Shown: positions 33,553 through 44,141 of the stretch, piece by piece
Layout of the letters: each line of letters opens with the position of its first letter
Position numbering within the stretch: position 1 is the stretch's first letter
Assembly (NCBI RefSeq): GCF_032444005.1
Contig: NC_091288.1
Coordinates: 216,752,001 to 216,816,000, forward strand
Length of the DNA: 64,000 nt
Source: Ranitomeya imitator
Lineage: Eukaryota
Direction: 5' to 3'
The notes under the pieces: generated by a model
Databases searched by the model: none
Seen by the model: the letters and a program-made list of their open reading frames with translations, nothing else
What the model was told of the DNA's origin: nothing
Made by a program: the position numbers and the translations under genes

Positions 33553-35116
33553 ATGGCGTCTGCTGAGCTGAGGGACGAGCTGAACTGCTCCATCTGCCTG
33601 AGCCTCTATACAGATCCCGTATCCCTGAGATGTGGACACAACTTCTGCCGCTCGTGTATTGTGAGTGTGCTGGATGCACAGGAGGCGGCTGGAGGGTATT
33701 CCTGTCCTGACTGCAGAGCAGAATATCCGGAGCGTCCGGACCTGGAGAAGAACCAGAAGCTGAGGAACATAGTGGAGCGTTTCTCATCTACTTATCCTGA
33801 TATGGAGGAGACCAGAATCTTCTGTACTTACTGTACAAGGTCTCCTGTACCGGCTGTGAAATCCTGTCTGCAGTGTGAGACCTCTCTATGTGACGACCAC
33901 CTGACAGCCCACAATAAGACAGTGGATCATTTATTAGTGGAACCCACCGGCTTTTTTGGCAACAAAAGATGCTTCCTCCACAAGAAGGTTCTGGAGTATT
34001 ACTGCCCGCAGGACGCGGCTTGTCTGTGTGTGTCTTGCTGTCTCTTTGGCGAACACCGAGGACACCAGGTGGAATATCTGCATAAAGCTTCTGAGAAGAA
34101 GAAGAAGAAACTGAAAAAATATCTGGATGAACTAAACCCACAAAAAGCAGATATTCAGACAAGAGTCCACAATCTGCAGGATCATAAGAGGAAGATCCAA
34201 GAGAAAGCCTCCGATAAGAGGAAGAACATCAGTAAGATAATTATGAACATTAAAACGCAACTGGAAATGGCAGAAAAGAAAGCGCTGAGCGAGGTCTCCA
34301 GGCAGGAGGAGAAGATTGTGTCGCAGATATCTGATCTGATCAAGAAGCTGGAAATACAGGAGGACGAGCTGTCCAGGAAGATGCATCACGTGGAGGAGAT
34401 GTGTCGTGTCACCGACCCAATAAGACTCTTACAAGAAAGTGACATTACAGTGTGTAGTCATGGAGGTGATGAGGACACAGGAGGAGATGGTGGAGAGGTC
34501 AGTTCTGAGGAGGATCTGGATGAGGTTCTGATCTCACTGACCTTACACCGATCTATGAGGGATATTGTCACCAATGTAACATCAGAGCTCGGGGTCCATG
34601 TCCCAGACATATTGCTGGATGTGGACACTGCTCATAGATGTGTGAAGATATCAGAAGATCTGAAAACGGCAACAAGATCAGGAAAGACCAGAATGTCATC
34701 GAAGATTTCTGACTTACTCCCAGGTATTAAGCAGATGTGGCCTCTCCTCAGGACGACATTACTGGGAGGTAAAGTGGGACCAGATAGGAAGATGTATCAT
34801 CGGATTGTCCTATCCCAGTATAGAAAGGGAAGGAGATGAATCTGGAATTTTATTTAATGATAAATCTTGGTGTTTGGATGTGTATGATGCTGTACGTCAA
34901 GTACTTCATAAATCATTCAGCCTAATCCTCAAAGTACAACCGAAGTGCTCAACACTTGGAGTCTTCTTAGACTATGAGGCCGGGCGTCTGTCCTTCTATG
35001 AGCTGTGTGACCCCATCAGACACTTACACACCTTCACCGCCTCCTTCACTGAACCCCTACATGTTATCTTCTATGTGGAGGATGGAGCCTCTGTTAGAAT
35101 ATTAAATGGAGTTTAA
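33553..35116 (+). pseudogene. TRIM copy 2, frameshifted at the start of PRY/SPRY (428-aa truncated ORF; SPRY intact in the shifted frame)
   Basis: ACG GCA ACA A GAT CAG at 34666-34681 versus GCA ACA GAA TCA GAA GAT CAG in copy 3, i.e. an apparent 8-nt deletion. The frame from 34676 is open to the stop at 35116 and encodes GRHYWEV...DYEAGRLSFY. Confidence 0.88.
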
Positions 35117-36299
35117 TGAAGCCCACAGCAATCTGTTATATAACTTACAATATAGCAATCTATCAGCAGGACCTACCACTAATCTGTGGTTGCCCTTTTT
35201 ATTTAATTAAACTACAGATCGGGGATTTTATGAATATCCTGTAACACTCAGAAAGATCCCTAAAGTTCCCGAAAGAGCTATGTAACGAAAGTCTAGCCCA
35301 AACGTCCAGGCTGTGGGATCCAGACACGTAGAGCAGGATCCCACAACCCTTCAGAGCTGCTCTCACGGTAAAAGAGTGAGACCTTTGCACTAGATGAGCG
35401 CTACCTCAATTGTTACTGAACGGAGGGTTGTGGGAAGTTCGGACTTTTTTGAGGCATTTGGAACCTTTCTGAGCGATTTTATAAATATATGATATTTAGA
35501 ACATCACCAATCTGGGGCTGTTCACTATTGAATAAGAAGGGCAGCCCCAGATTTGTGATTTGTAGTTTTTTTAAGCTAAGGCCAGAATTTGTGGCCAAGA
35601 TGTAGTTTTTGACAAATTAATTGGCCATTTTTCATTTTTTCATTTTCGTTTCTTCCTCCCCAGAGTCATGACTTTTTTATTTTTCTGTCAGTATGGCCGT
35701 ATCAGGGCTTGTTTTTTTGCGGGTCAAGTTTTACTTTTGAAAAACAGCATTCATTACACCATATAGTGAAGTGGAAAACAGGCAAATAATTCCAAGCGTG
35801 TTGAAATTGCAATAAAAAGTGCAATTCCACAATTTTTTTGTTATTTGCGTTTATCATGTTCACAATCACCTGACTGCCGATATGATTCTCCGTGTCAGTA
35901 CACGTACGCAAATATTTTTATGTAAGTGTTGAAAAAAATCATAAATGTGTAAAACAAAACAAAATTTGCTTTTGTCACCATTTTTTTAGACATGTAAAAT
36001 TTTCATTTTTCAGGATCCGGAGCTGGGCGAGAACTTATTTTTGCGCCTTTAACTGACGTTTTTACCAATATCATTTTGGGGTAGGTGCGATGTTTTGATC
36101 ACCTCTTATTGCCCCCAAAAATATATTGCTTTGGCATTTTGATTTTTTCTCATTATGCTGTTTACCGAACGGATTAATTTATATTATATTTTGATAGATC
36201 GGACTTTTATGAACACAGTGATACCAAATATCTGTATTTTTAATTAGCACCGATATCTGAGGGGGGAATAGTTCAGATGGCTTTCTTGACCCAACAGAA

Positions 36300-36738
36300 A
36301 CCAACAGATTATTTTCCTTTAGCTTTATACTCTGCTGATGACTTTAGTAGATCAAGATCTCGTTCAAGGTCATTGAACTGCGCTCGAATGAATGTCTGGC
36401 ACTTTCCAACACCAACTCTCGAGGCCACAAAGTCATCGTCATCGGCTTCCTCTGACACATGGAAAAATTCATCCCTATTCGAACTTTCCAATGTATTGAT
36501 GGTTGGCATGGAGACTTCGTTGCATTGAGCCACCGGCGGGTAGATTTGGTTACTCAATTGAATTCCTGGTCTTTGTTGTAAAACCACTGATATTTATCTT
36601 GCCAAAGTAGCAGTTATCAACATGGTTTTGAAGTTCTCGCCAGACCTTCGGAACACCAAAGCCGAGACTTTCTCTCTGACCTTCTGTCCACTGTCTGAGA
36701 TGTTCAACGCAAAACTTGTCCACTATGGGTGGTGCCTA
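36300..36738 (-). mobile_element. Fossil cut-and-paste transposase N-terminal region (Chapaev3-like by recollection; superfamily uncertain)
   Basis: Minus strand: *APPIVDKFCVEHLRQWTEGQRESLGFGVPKVWRELQNHVDNCYFG... and, after a frameshift, QTFIRAQFNDLERDLDLLK; contains in-frame stops. Confidence 0.6.
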
Positions 36739-36921
36739 CAATGGACTAGATTTATAGATATTAACCATGTATATAATATATGCAAATAGTAATAATTATT
36801 TAATGATTGTCAGTTGACCACCTTAAGATCTAAGTACAGTGAAGACCACACAGAAGTGGCCCCATTTTAGAAATCAAATATGGGTCAAACTGTAGTTTGG
36901 GGGCATATTTTGATGGTTTGA

Positions 36922-36958
<37 letters not shown>

Positions 36959-36997
36959 TTAATCTATTGCTATTTTATTGCTTTAGTAACCCTAAAT

Positions 36998-37178
36998 CAG
37001 TGTTTCCCAAACTCCAGTCCTCACGGCCTCCACAGGTCAAGTTTTCAGGATTTCCATAGTGTTGAACAGGTGAGAGAATTCTCGATGCCTTGATGATACT
37101 TCTATCACCAGTGGAATACAAAGGAAATCCTGAGAACATGACGTGGGGGCCGTGAGGACTGGAGTTTGGGAAACACTG
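36998..37178. mobile_element. hAT (Charlie-like) MITE
   Basis: TIR CAGTGTTTCCCAAACTCCAGTCCTCACGGCC; 8-bp TSD CCCTAAAT/CTCTAGAT. Confidence 0.85.
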
Positions 37179-38404
37179 CTCTAGATGAATAATAAAAAAA
37201 CAGCAATTCTGTAATTGTTTTTTTTGTTGCTATATTGAACGACCTCCACCCCACCCACCTTTAAAAAAACAAACAAAAAAAAACCCTACACCACAAAATT
37301 TCTTTATGGCCAGGTTCACACAGCTGTACTAAATCTCAGACCGGTCACCTCCACAAATCGCGGATGTAACTGGCTCCGTGTGCAGCTCCGCGTTCTCAAC
37401 TACGTGGCGGACAATTGCTCCCTGCTATTTACATGCGTCAGTATATCAGACCAAGAGTGTATAATTACTGACCAGCTCCTGATATAGGGATAGGAACACC
37501 AGCATCCACCTTAGACACCCAAAGTGCGTTTCGCCGCAGGCTTTGTCTGAGGGTACAGAGGTGAAGATTGTGAGTAAAGATGGAATATTCCACATACGAA
37601 GCGGCACCATTTTGCAAAAGGATAAAGCTAATAGATGGAGCTGGGCGAGTGCTGTATAACAGGAAAGTAATTGTACACTGTTTAAAGCAAGAGCCACTGA
37701 CTGCAGTGCCCCCTTCCCCAACCCCCGAGGTAGTGTGCGATTCAGAGGCCTCCCTCCCCCTCTGTTAAGGATAAGTGTTTGCCAATTATAGCCAGAGGGG
37801 CTAGTACCTTGCAATGTGACCTTTATAGACAGAGGGACTAGTACCTTTCATTGTGGCCAGTTATAGTCAGAGGAGCTAGTACAGCCCCTTTCTTGTGGTT
37901 TAAAAAGCCCCCTGCGTGCCAGTCATTTCCTGTTCCTTTTTGGGTCCCGGATGTGCTTTCGTCCCACCCTCACTACCTTTTTTGTGCATTTTTTTAATAA
38001 ATATTATTTCATTGTAAAAATTCAAGGTTGTTTCAGTTAAAGAAAGGAAGCACTGGGACGTTTCGATCACGTAGGCCGACTTGCCTGTTGACATGCTGGA
38101 GGGCATTTGGCTGTTAGTCTTGTGTTTTCATTGCCTTCCTCTTATTGTTATACTATATATGTTACAGTAAAGCTGTGACCGACCTTCATCCATCCACTGG
38201 TGCGTGTGCCCTTATTTGTTATACAGGGTATTGGAGGGAGGGGAGGCGCCTGGTGTTATCATATTGGGGTCGCTGCGGTCAGCCATACTGAAGAAATGTA
38301 TGGGAAGATGACACAGTAACAGATAGATGGTTATCCAAGAAGTATTGTTTCTCCTTGCGGAGATGAGGAGACTTAAAGCTGCAATGCTCCTCTGGGTAAT
38401 ATGC

Positions 38405-38692
38405 TAATTATGCAAATTGTCTCTTTGTAGAGGAAGAGACTTGTCACATGACTTAGGGTAATAGCCAAACCAGAATCTCACACAGCCAAACCAGATCTCC
38501 GCTTTGCACTGACGAGGGGCAGTACCCCGAAACACAGTGTCTGCAAATTGAGATTCTGGCTTGGCTATTATCCTAAGTCATGTGACAAGGCTCGTTAAAG
38601 GGTCGACATTGACTTGTAGGATTGCTACCTTCCAATAGGTGGCACTAGAGTTCTAGCTCTCTTCCTTCCTGAAGAGACAATTTGCATAATTA
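38405..38692 (+). mobile_element. ~290-nt rod-like palindromic element with an apical hammerhead (retrozyme/Penelope-derived candidate)
   Basis: Nested inverted repeats: 20 bp perfect (38405-38424/38673-38692), 18 bp perfect (38440-38457/38572-38589) and 23 bp with 2 mismatches (38458-38480/38549-38571). Confidence 0.7.
38503..38547 (+). ncRNA. Type I hammerhead ribozyme, complete catalytic core
   Basis: TTTGCA-CTGACGA-GGGG-CAGTA-CCCC-GAA-ACAC-A-GTGT-C-TGCAAA; GUC triplet 38539-38541; helix I is extendable. Confidence 0.85.
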
Positions 38693-38714
38693 ACAGATAG
38701 ATGACAATGGGTAA

Positions 38715-39454
38715 AGGTACCTTCACACTGAACAACTTAACAACGATATCGCTAACGATCCGTGACGTTGCAGCGTCCTGGCTAGCGATATCGTTGTGTT
38801 TGACACCCAGCAGCGATCTGGATCCTGCTGTGACATCGCTGGTCGGAGCAGAAAGGCCAGAACTTTATTTCGTCGCTGGATCTCCCGCAGACATCGCTGA
38901 ATCGGCGTGTGTGACGCCAATTCAGCGATGTCTTCACTGGTAACCAGGGTAAACATCGGGTTACTAAACGCAGGGCCGCGCTTAGTAACCCGATGTTTAC
39001 CCTGGTTACCAGTATAAATGTAAAAAAAAAAAACACGACATACTTACATTCCGGTGTCTGTCGCGTCCCCCGGCGTTCTGCTTCCCTGCACTGACTGTGA
39101 GCGCCGGCCGGCCGTAAAGCACAGCGGTGACGTCACCGCTCTGCTTTACGGCTGGCGCTTACACAGTGCAGGGAAGCAGAACGCCGGGGGACGCGACAGA
39201 CACCGGAATGTAAGTATGTAGTGTTTTTTTACATTTACACTGGTAACCAGGGTAAACATCGGGTTACTAAGCACGGCCCTGCGCTTAGTAACCCGATGTT
39301 TACCCTGGTTACCCAGGGACTTCGGCATTGTTGGTCGCTGGAGAGCTGTCTGTGTGACAGCTCTCCAGCGACCACACAACGACGAAACAGTGACGCTGCA
39401 GCGATCGGCATCGTTGTCTAGATCGCTGCAGCGTCGCTATATGTGACGGTACCT
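38715..39454. mobile_element. PIF/Harbinger-type palindromic non-autonomous element
   Basis: TIR AGGTACC.TCACA; TAA/TTA flanks; two internal ~35-bp-stem hairpins; relatives at 45139, 57981 and 59453. Confidence 0.8.
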
Positions 39455-39934
39455 TTAGCCCTACAAAGAAAGACTAATAACAACAGAACAATCAACTGGA
39501 CCAAAGGCCAAAAGTGACATTTGTGAAAACCAAGTGACTGCACACATTTAAAGTTCAAGGTGGAGAAGTGTCAGATTTAAGAAAACAAAATAAATTTGGA
39601 AAGAGACGAGTTGGTGAAACACGAAAATAAAAAATACAGATTATATAGAAAAAACAAAATCTGCAAAGTGTTGATGTGGAGGGAGTGTTTTTTTTTTTTC
39701 CTGTCAATAGCATTGTATGAGGGTTCGTTTTATGCAGCTGTAGTTTTCATTGGTGCCATTTACGGTTACATATGTTTTTTTGGGACACTTTTTATTCCTT
39801 CTTTAGAGAGGCATGTAGACTATAAAACGCCGATTCTGCTGTAGTCTTTTTTTTGTGATGATCAGTGGGCAGGAGAAAAATATACTAAATTTATCATTTG
39901 GGTCTTCACGGATGTAGCAAAACGAGGATCACAA

Positions 39935-40108
39935 TCTACATTCCCTATAATTATGTCCTTAAAGTGTGGGTGGAAACTGGAGAACCTGGAGGAAACCCAC
40001 ACAAATATGGGGCGAATATACAAACGTCTGGCAGATGTTTCCTCGGTGAGATTTGAGCCCATGGCCCCAGCACTGCAAAGAAACGGTGCTAACCACTGAG
40101 CCAACATG
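39935..40108 (-). mobile_element. Diverged tRNA-derived SINE
   Basis: TGGCTCAGTGGTTAGCACC head and GTGGGTTTCCTCCAGGTTCTCCAGTTTCCACCCACAC core, like 29355-29600. Confidence 0.75.
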
Positions 40109-40212
40109 ACTCTTCATTGCAGGGAAAAAGGATGGGAAAAAAACCTAGGGTTGGTCTAATGACAAGTTTAGTGGTTTCTACAATTGTGTCTGACCCAAAC
40201 TGAGACTATAAC

Positions 40213-40416
40213 TAACCTGACTGACGATGCATGTAAAGAAGCTGCGGAGACACCATCACGTGTTTCTCGACGCAAGCATCTGCATATTTCCCATAAGGGA
40301 TGGGGGCAGTGTTCTGGAATCACTGCGTTGAGAAACACGTGATGGTGTCTCCGCAGTGTTGGATGTTTTGGTCTCCCCGAGGCCAATCATCTGTGCCTTT
40401 ATAACCTGACTGACGA
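40213..40416. repeat. Palindromic insert flanked by a 15-bp direct repeat
   Basis: TAACCTGACTGACGA at 40213-40227 and 40402-40416; internal 33-bp inverted repeat 40242-40274/40324-40356. Confidence 0.7.
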
Positions 40417-41029
40417 GAGTGGAGAAATGGGGTCACTTGACAAACTAGATGTGGATTTTATACTCATCTATAAATTAAGAAATAGTGACGAAAATATTTT
40501 TCTTGGAGAGCACTAGTTGGAGACATAAAACTTTCCCTGGACTCTAGTTTTCTTGTATAATCAAGCAACAATTAATGACCACTGAGTAGAAAGTTAAAGC
40601 TGAACAGCCATTGAAACGCGTCGATGCCGCGTATCATGTAACTCACACTACTGACATCTTCTTTGAGCACTTATGTGAATAAAGTATTCATGATTCGTTG
40701 AGCTGGATCTTTCTACTTTGTGGTCTTCTTACGCCTTTCTGATCTCCGAACACCCTCAGGGTGCCATCCACGGTGAACCGGATTTTATTGCTCCCACAAC
40801 TATTGACACCAGCAGCGAAAATGATAGAGAGATGACATCAATAGCGCAAAGAAAAAAGTACGGATTGTGTCCGTACAAAACATCACGTAAGACAAAGCTT
40901 TATGTCAGGAGGAGAATGACGCGTCCATGTTCTTCAGGAATGAGCCGATCGTCAGTTCAATAAGCTACAACTGCGTCCGTAATGCGACACCTGATTTGGT
41001 TAATTATTTTCTTCCTCAGCATAAATCAG

Positions 41030-41140
41030 CAATAAACACAAACTCTGATCTGTAGGGTTAAATGATTTCTCTTAGAATTCTCCGCCCTTCTTATGTAAGG
41101 AAAATATTTCGCTTTCGTTTCCTGCTCTCCTCCCACCACA
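41030..41140 (+). promoter_or_regulatory. Proximal promoter of TRIM copy 3 (GC box plus ISRE-like motif)
   Basis: CCGCCC ~41082; TTTCGCTTTCGTTTCC 41107-41122. Confidence 0.65.
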
Positions 41141-42700
41141 ATGGCGTCTGCTGAGCTGAGGGACGAGCTGAACTGCTCCATCTGCCTGAGCCTCTATACA
41201 GATCCCGTATCCCTGAGATGTGGACACAACTTCTGCCGCTCGTGTATTGCGAGTGTACTGGATGCACAGGAGGCGGCTGGAGGGTATTCCTGTCCTGACT
41301 GCAGAGCAGAATATCCGGAGCGTCCGACCCTGGAGAAGAACCGAAAGCTGAGGAACATAGTGGAGCGTTTCTCATCTACTCAGCCTGATATGGAGAAGAC
41401 CAGAATCTTCTGTACTTACTGTACAAAGTCTCCTGTACCGGCTGTAAGGACATGTCTGCAGTGTGAGACCTCCATGTGTGAGGAACATCTCGCAGCCCAT
41501 AACAAGTCGATGAATCACAATCTAATTGAACCTACCCTGACATTTAAGGGTCAAAAATGCTCCACACACAATGAGATCCTGAAATACCACTGCACTATAG
41601 ACGTCGCCTGTATCTGCGAGTCCTGCTGGGTGGCCGGAGATCACAAGGGACATGACGTGGAGCTACTGGACATGGCTTCAGAGAAAACAAAGGAGAAACT
41701 GGAGAAATTTTTGGATGATCTAAACCCACAAAAAACAAAAATTCAAACGAGAGTCTTGAATCTGCAGGAAATTAAGAGGAAGATCCAGGAGAAAGCCTCT
41801 GATAAGAGGAAGAACATCAGTAAGAGATTTATGGATTTTAAGGAGCAATTGGAAATAGCAGAAAAGAAAGCATTGAGCGAGGTCTCCAGGCAGGAGGAGA
41901 AGATTGTGTCCCAGATATCTCATGTGATCAAGAAGCTGGAAATACAGGAGGACGAGCTGTCCAGGAAGACGAGTCACGTGGAGGAGATGTGTCATGTCAC
42001 CGAGCAAATAAGACTAGAAAGTGACATTACAGTGTGTAGCCATGGAGGTGATGAGGACACAGGAGGAGATGGTGGAGAGCTCAGTACTGAGGAGGATCTG
42101 GATGAGGTTCTGATCTCACTGACCTTACACCGATCTATGAGGGATATTGTCACCAATGTAACCTCAGAGCTCGGGGTCCATGTCCCAGACATATTGCTGG
42201 ATGTGGGCACTGCTCATAGAAGGGTGAAGATATCAGAAGATTTGAAAACGGCAACAGAATCAGAAGATCAGGATAAACCAGAATCACCAGGAAGATTTGT
42301 GACATTTTCCCAGGTGTTAAGTAGACCTGGTTTCTCCTCAGGGCGAAATTACTGGGAGGTAGAGTGGGACCAGATAGGAATATGTGGCATCGCATTGTCC
42401 TATTCCAGTATAGAAAGGGATGGAGGACAGTCTGGTATTGTATATAATGATAAATCTTGGTCTTTGTACATGTATGATGGTCAATATGGAGTATATCACA
42501 ACTCCATAGGATTAATGCTCAGTGTAAAGCCAACAAGTCCGACACTTGGATTCTTCTTAGACTATGAGGCCGGGCGTCTGTCCTTCTATGAGCTGTGTGA
42601 CCCCATCAGACACTTACACACCTTCACCGCCTCCTTCACTGAACCCCTACACGTTGTCTTCCATTTGTATGATGGAGCCTCTGTTACAATAAGAAGCTGA
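41141..42700 (+). CDS. Intronless TRIM E3 ligase (RING-Bbox1-Bbox2-CC-PRY/SPRY), copy 3, 519 aa
   Basis: Same domain motifs as copy 1; in-frame small deletions (lacks LQ in IRLLQES; shorter PRY loop). Confidence 0.96.
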   Translation: MASAELRDELNCSICLSLYTDPVSLRCGHNFCRSCIASVLDAQEAAGGYSCPDCRAEYPERPTLEKNRKLRNIVERFSSTQPDMEKTRIFCTYCTKSPVPAVRTCLQCETSMCEEHLAAHNKSMNHNLIEPTLTFKGQKCSTHNEILKYHCTIDVACICESCWVAGDHKGHDVELLDMASEKTKEKLEKFLDDLNPQKTKIQTRVLNLQEIKRKIQEKASDKRKNISKRFMDFKEQLEIAEKKALSEVSRQEEKIVSQISHVIKKLEIQEDELSRKTSHVEEMCHVTEQIRLESDITVCSHGGDEDTGGDGGELSTEEDLDEVLISLTLHRSMRDIVTNVTSELGVHVPDILLDVGTAHRRVKISEDLKTATESEDQDKPESPGRFVTFSQVLSRPGFSSGRNYWEVEWDQIGICGIALSYSSIERDGGQSGIVYNDKSWSLYMYDGQYGVYHNSIGLMLSVKPTSPTLGFFLDYEAGRLSFYELCDPIRHLHTFTASFTEPLHVVFHLYDGASVTIRS

Positions 42701-44141
42701 GGCCGATGTCGTCCTCGTCACATTATAATTACATTATTCCTTGTCACATGGACACATCTGTATATAGTGAGTTATCAGCAGGACCCTCTAATAATACAGT
42801 GTATATGGTGGAGTCATTGGGAGATTTCTCCTATTGTTTTTTCCCTCTTCCCTGTAGATCCGATGCAGAATCAATGATTGAGCAGAATGTAAATATTATT
42901 GGGTGAATTGTCCTGAGACTGATAATTGTTATTCAGTAAAAGGCTAATCCCATCTAATAAAGTGCTGGTATATAGCTGGGATATGTCATGGTGATGGCCC
43001 ATAAACAGTATTATGCCCTACTGTGCCCCCCACATATTATGAGTGGCAGAATAGAAACTAAACTCCTCCTCTCGCCTCGTTCACTTGCTGCGTTGCTCTG
43101 GTCGGTGCCCGGTGTTGACTGAGACTCTGAGCAGCAGGAGATGACGGCACCGGACTCAGCGGCACAGGCTGAATGGTGGAGCAGGAGCCGGCGTCTCGTG
43201 TCCCATCATTTTGTTCTGCTGTATCTGCATTCGGAGCTACAAGTGCAGTGGGGTTGGAGGTTGCACTTGCCGTTTTCCTGCTTCTCTCCCTGGTCACCGT
43301 CGGCCGCCTACCTGTCCATCAGAGACAAGAGGCAGCAGGTGGGGAAAGGGAGAGGCGCAGGAAAGCTGCAAGTGCAACCTCCAACCCCACTGCACTTGCA
43401 GCTTCTTAGCATTCAAATTTCAACTAAGGATTTAGCTAAAACAGAAAAATGGATTTCTACAAGAAAGGTCAAGATTTCATTGAAATGAAAGCACTTTTAC
43501 ATACCTGGCATTAGTTTAGGGTATGAAGTCCTGATGACAGGTTCCCTTTTAAAAATGGATGAAGTCAGACCTCTGAGATGCTTCCTGCAAGAAGGACTAT
43601 GACATTGATAATCTGTGGATTTACATTATTTACTCCTTCAGTGTAATATAAACCTAATAGATCCATTCAGTCCTGCTGTGAGTCTTCTTGGTGTGTTCAC
43701 TCCTGGACTGTGACAAGAACTTCATGACTTCATCAGAGACCCTCTAGAATATAATGTCAACCTTCAGGCTGAATCTCTTCAGGTCCTGGCATAGTTGAGT
43801 GCCACTAGTTCTGCCGGGGAAAAGTCGCTAGAAAAAAAAAAAAACAGCAAATCATCTAAATAAATTGTCAGGATCATTGGCCAGAGCAGTATGGTAGCTG
43901 CTATCATGGCCTGGACTTGTCTTATCTTCAGCAATTCTCTTGGTATCACGTAAACTAGAGGAAACCCGTACGTCAGTTTGAACCTCCAAGGTGGAGAAAC
44001 GCCATGCTCTCCCAAGTGATAATCCCCGAAGAAGGATAAAAAAGTTATGTGACTTGGGAGTGAACAAGTCCTAGGCTAAATGGATCTTTGGCACATCCCA
44101 CATCTTATTGATCTGCTCTAGATCTTTATTTCAGAGACATG

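Noticed and set aside
37514-37545. Minus-strand GCC..GGC-GAAACGC resembling a hammerhead half
   Set aside because: No CUGANGA core and no NUH site.
40582-40625. Hammerhead-like CTGAGTA...GAAACGCGTC
   Set aside because: Core G8 is lost and helices I and II do not pair; at most a decayed Penelope relic.
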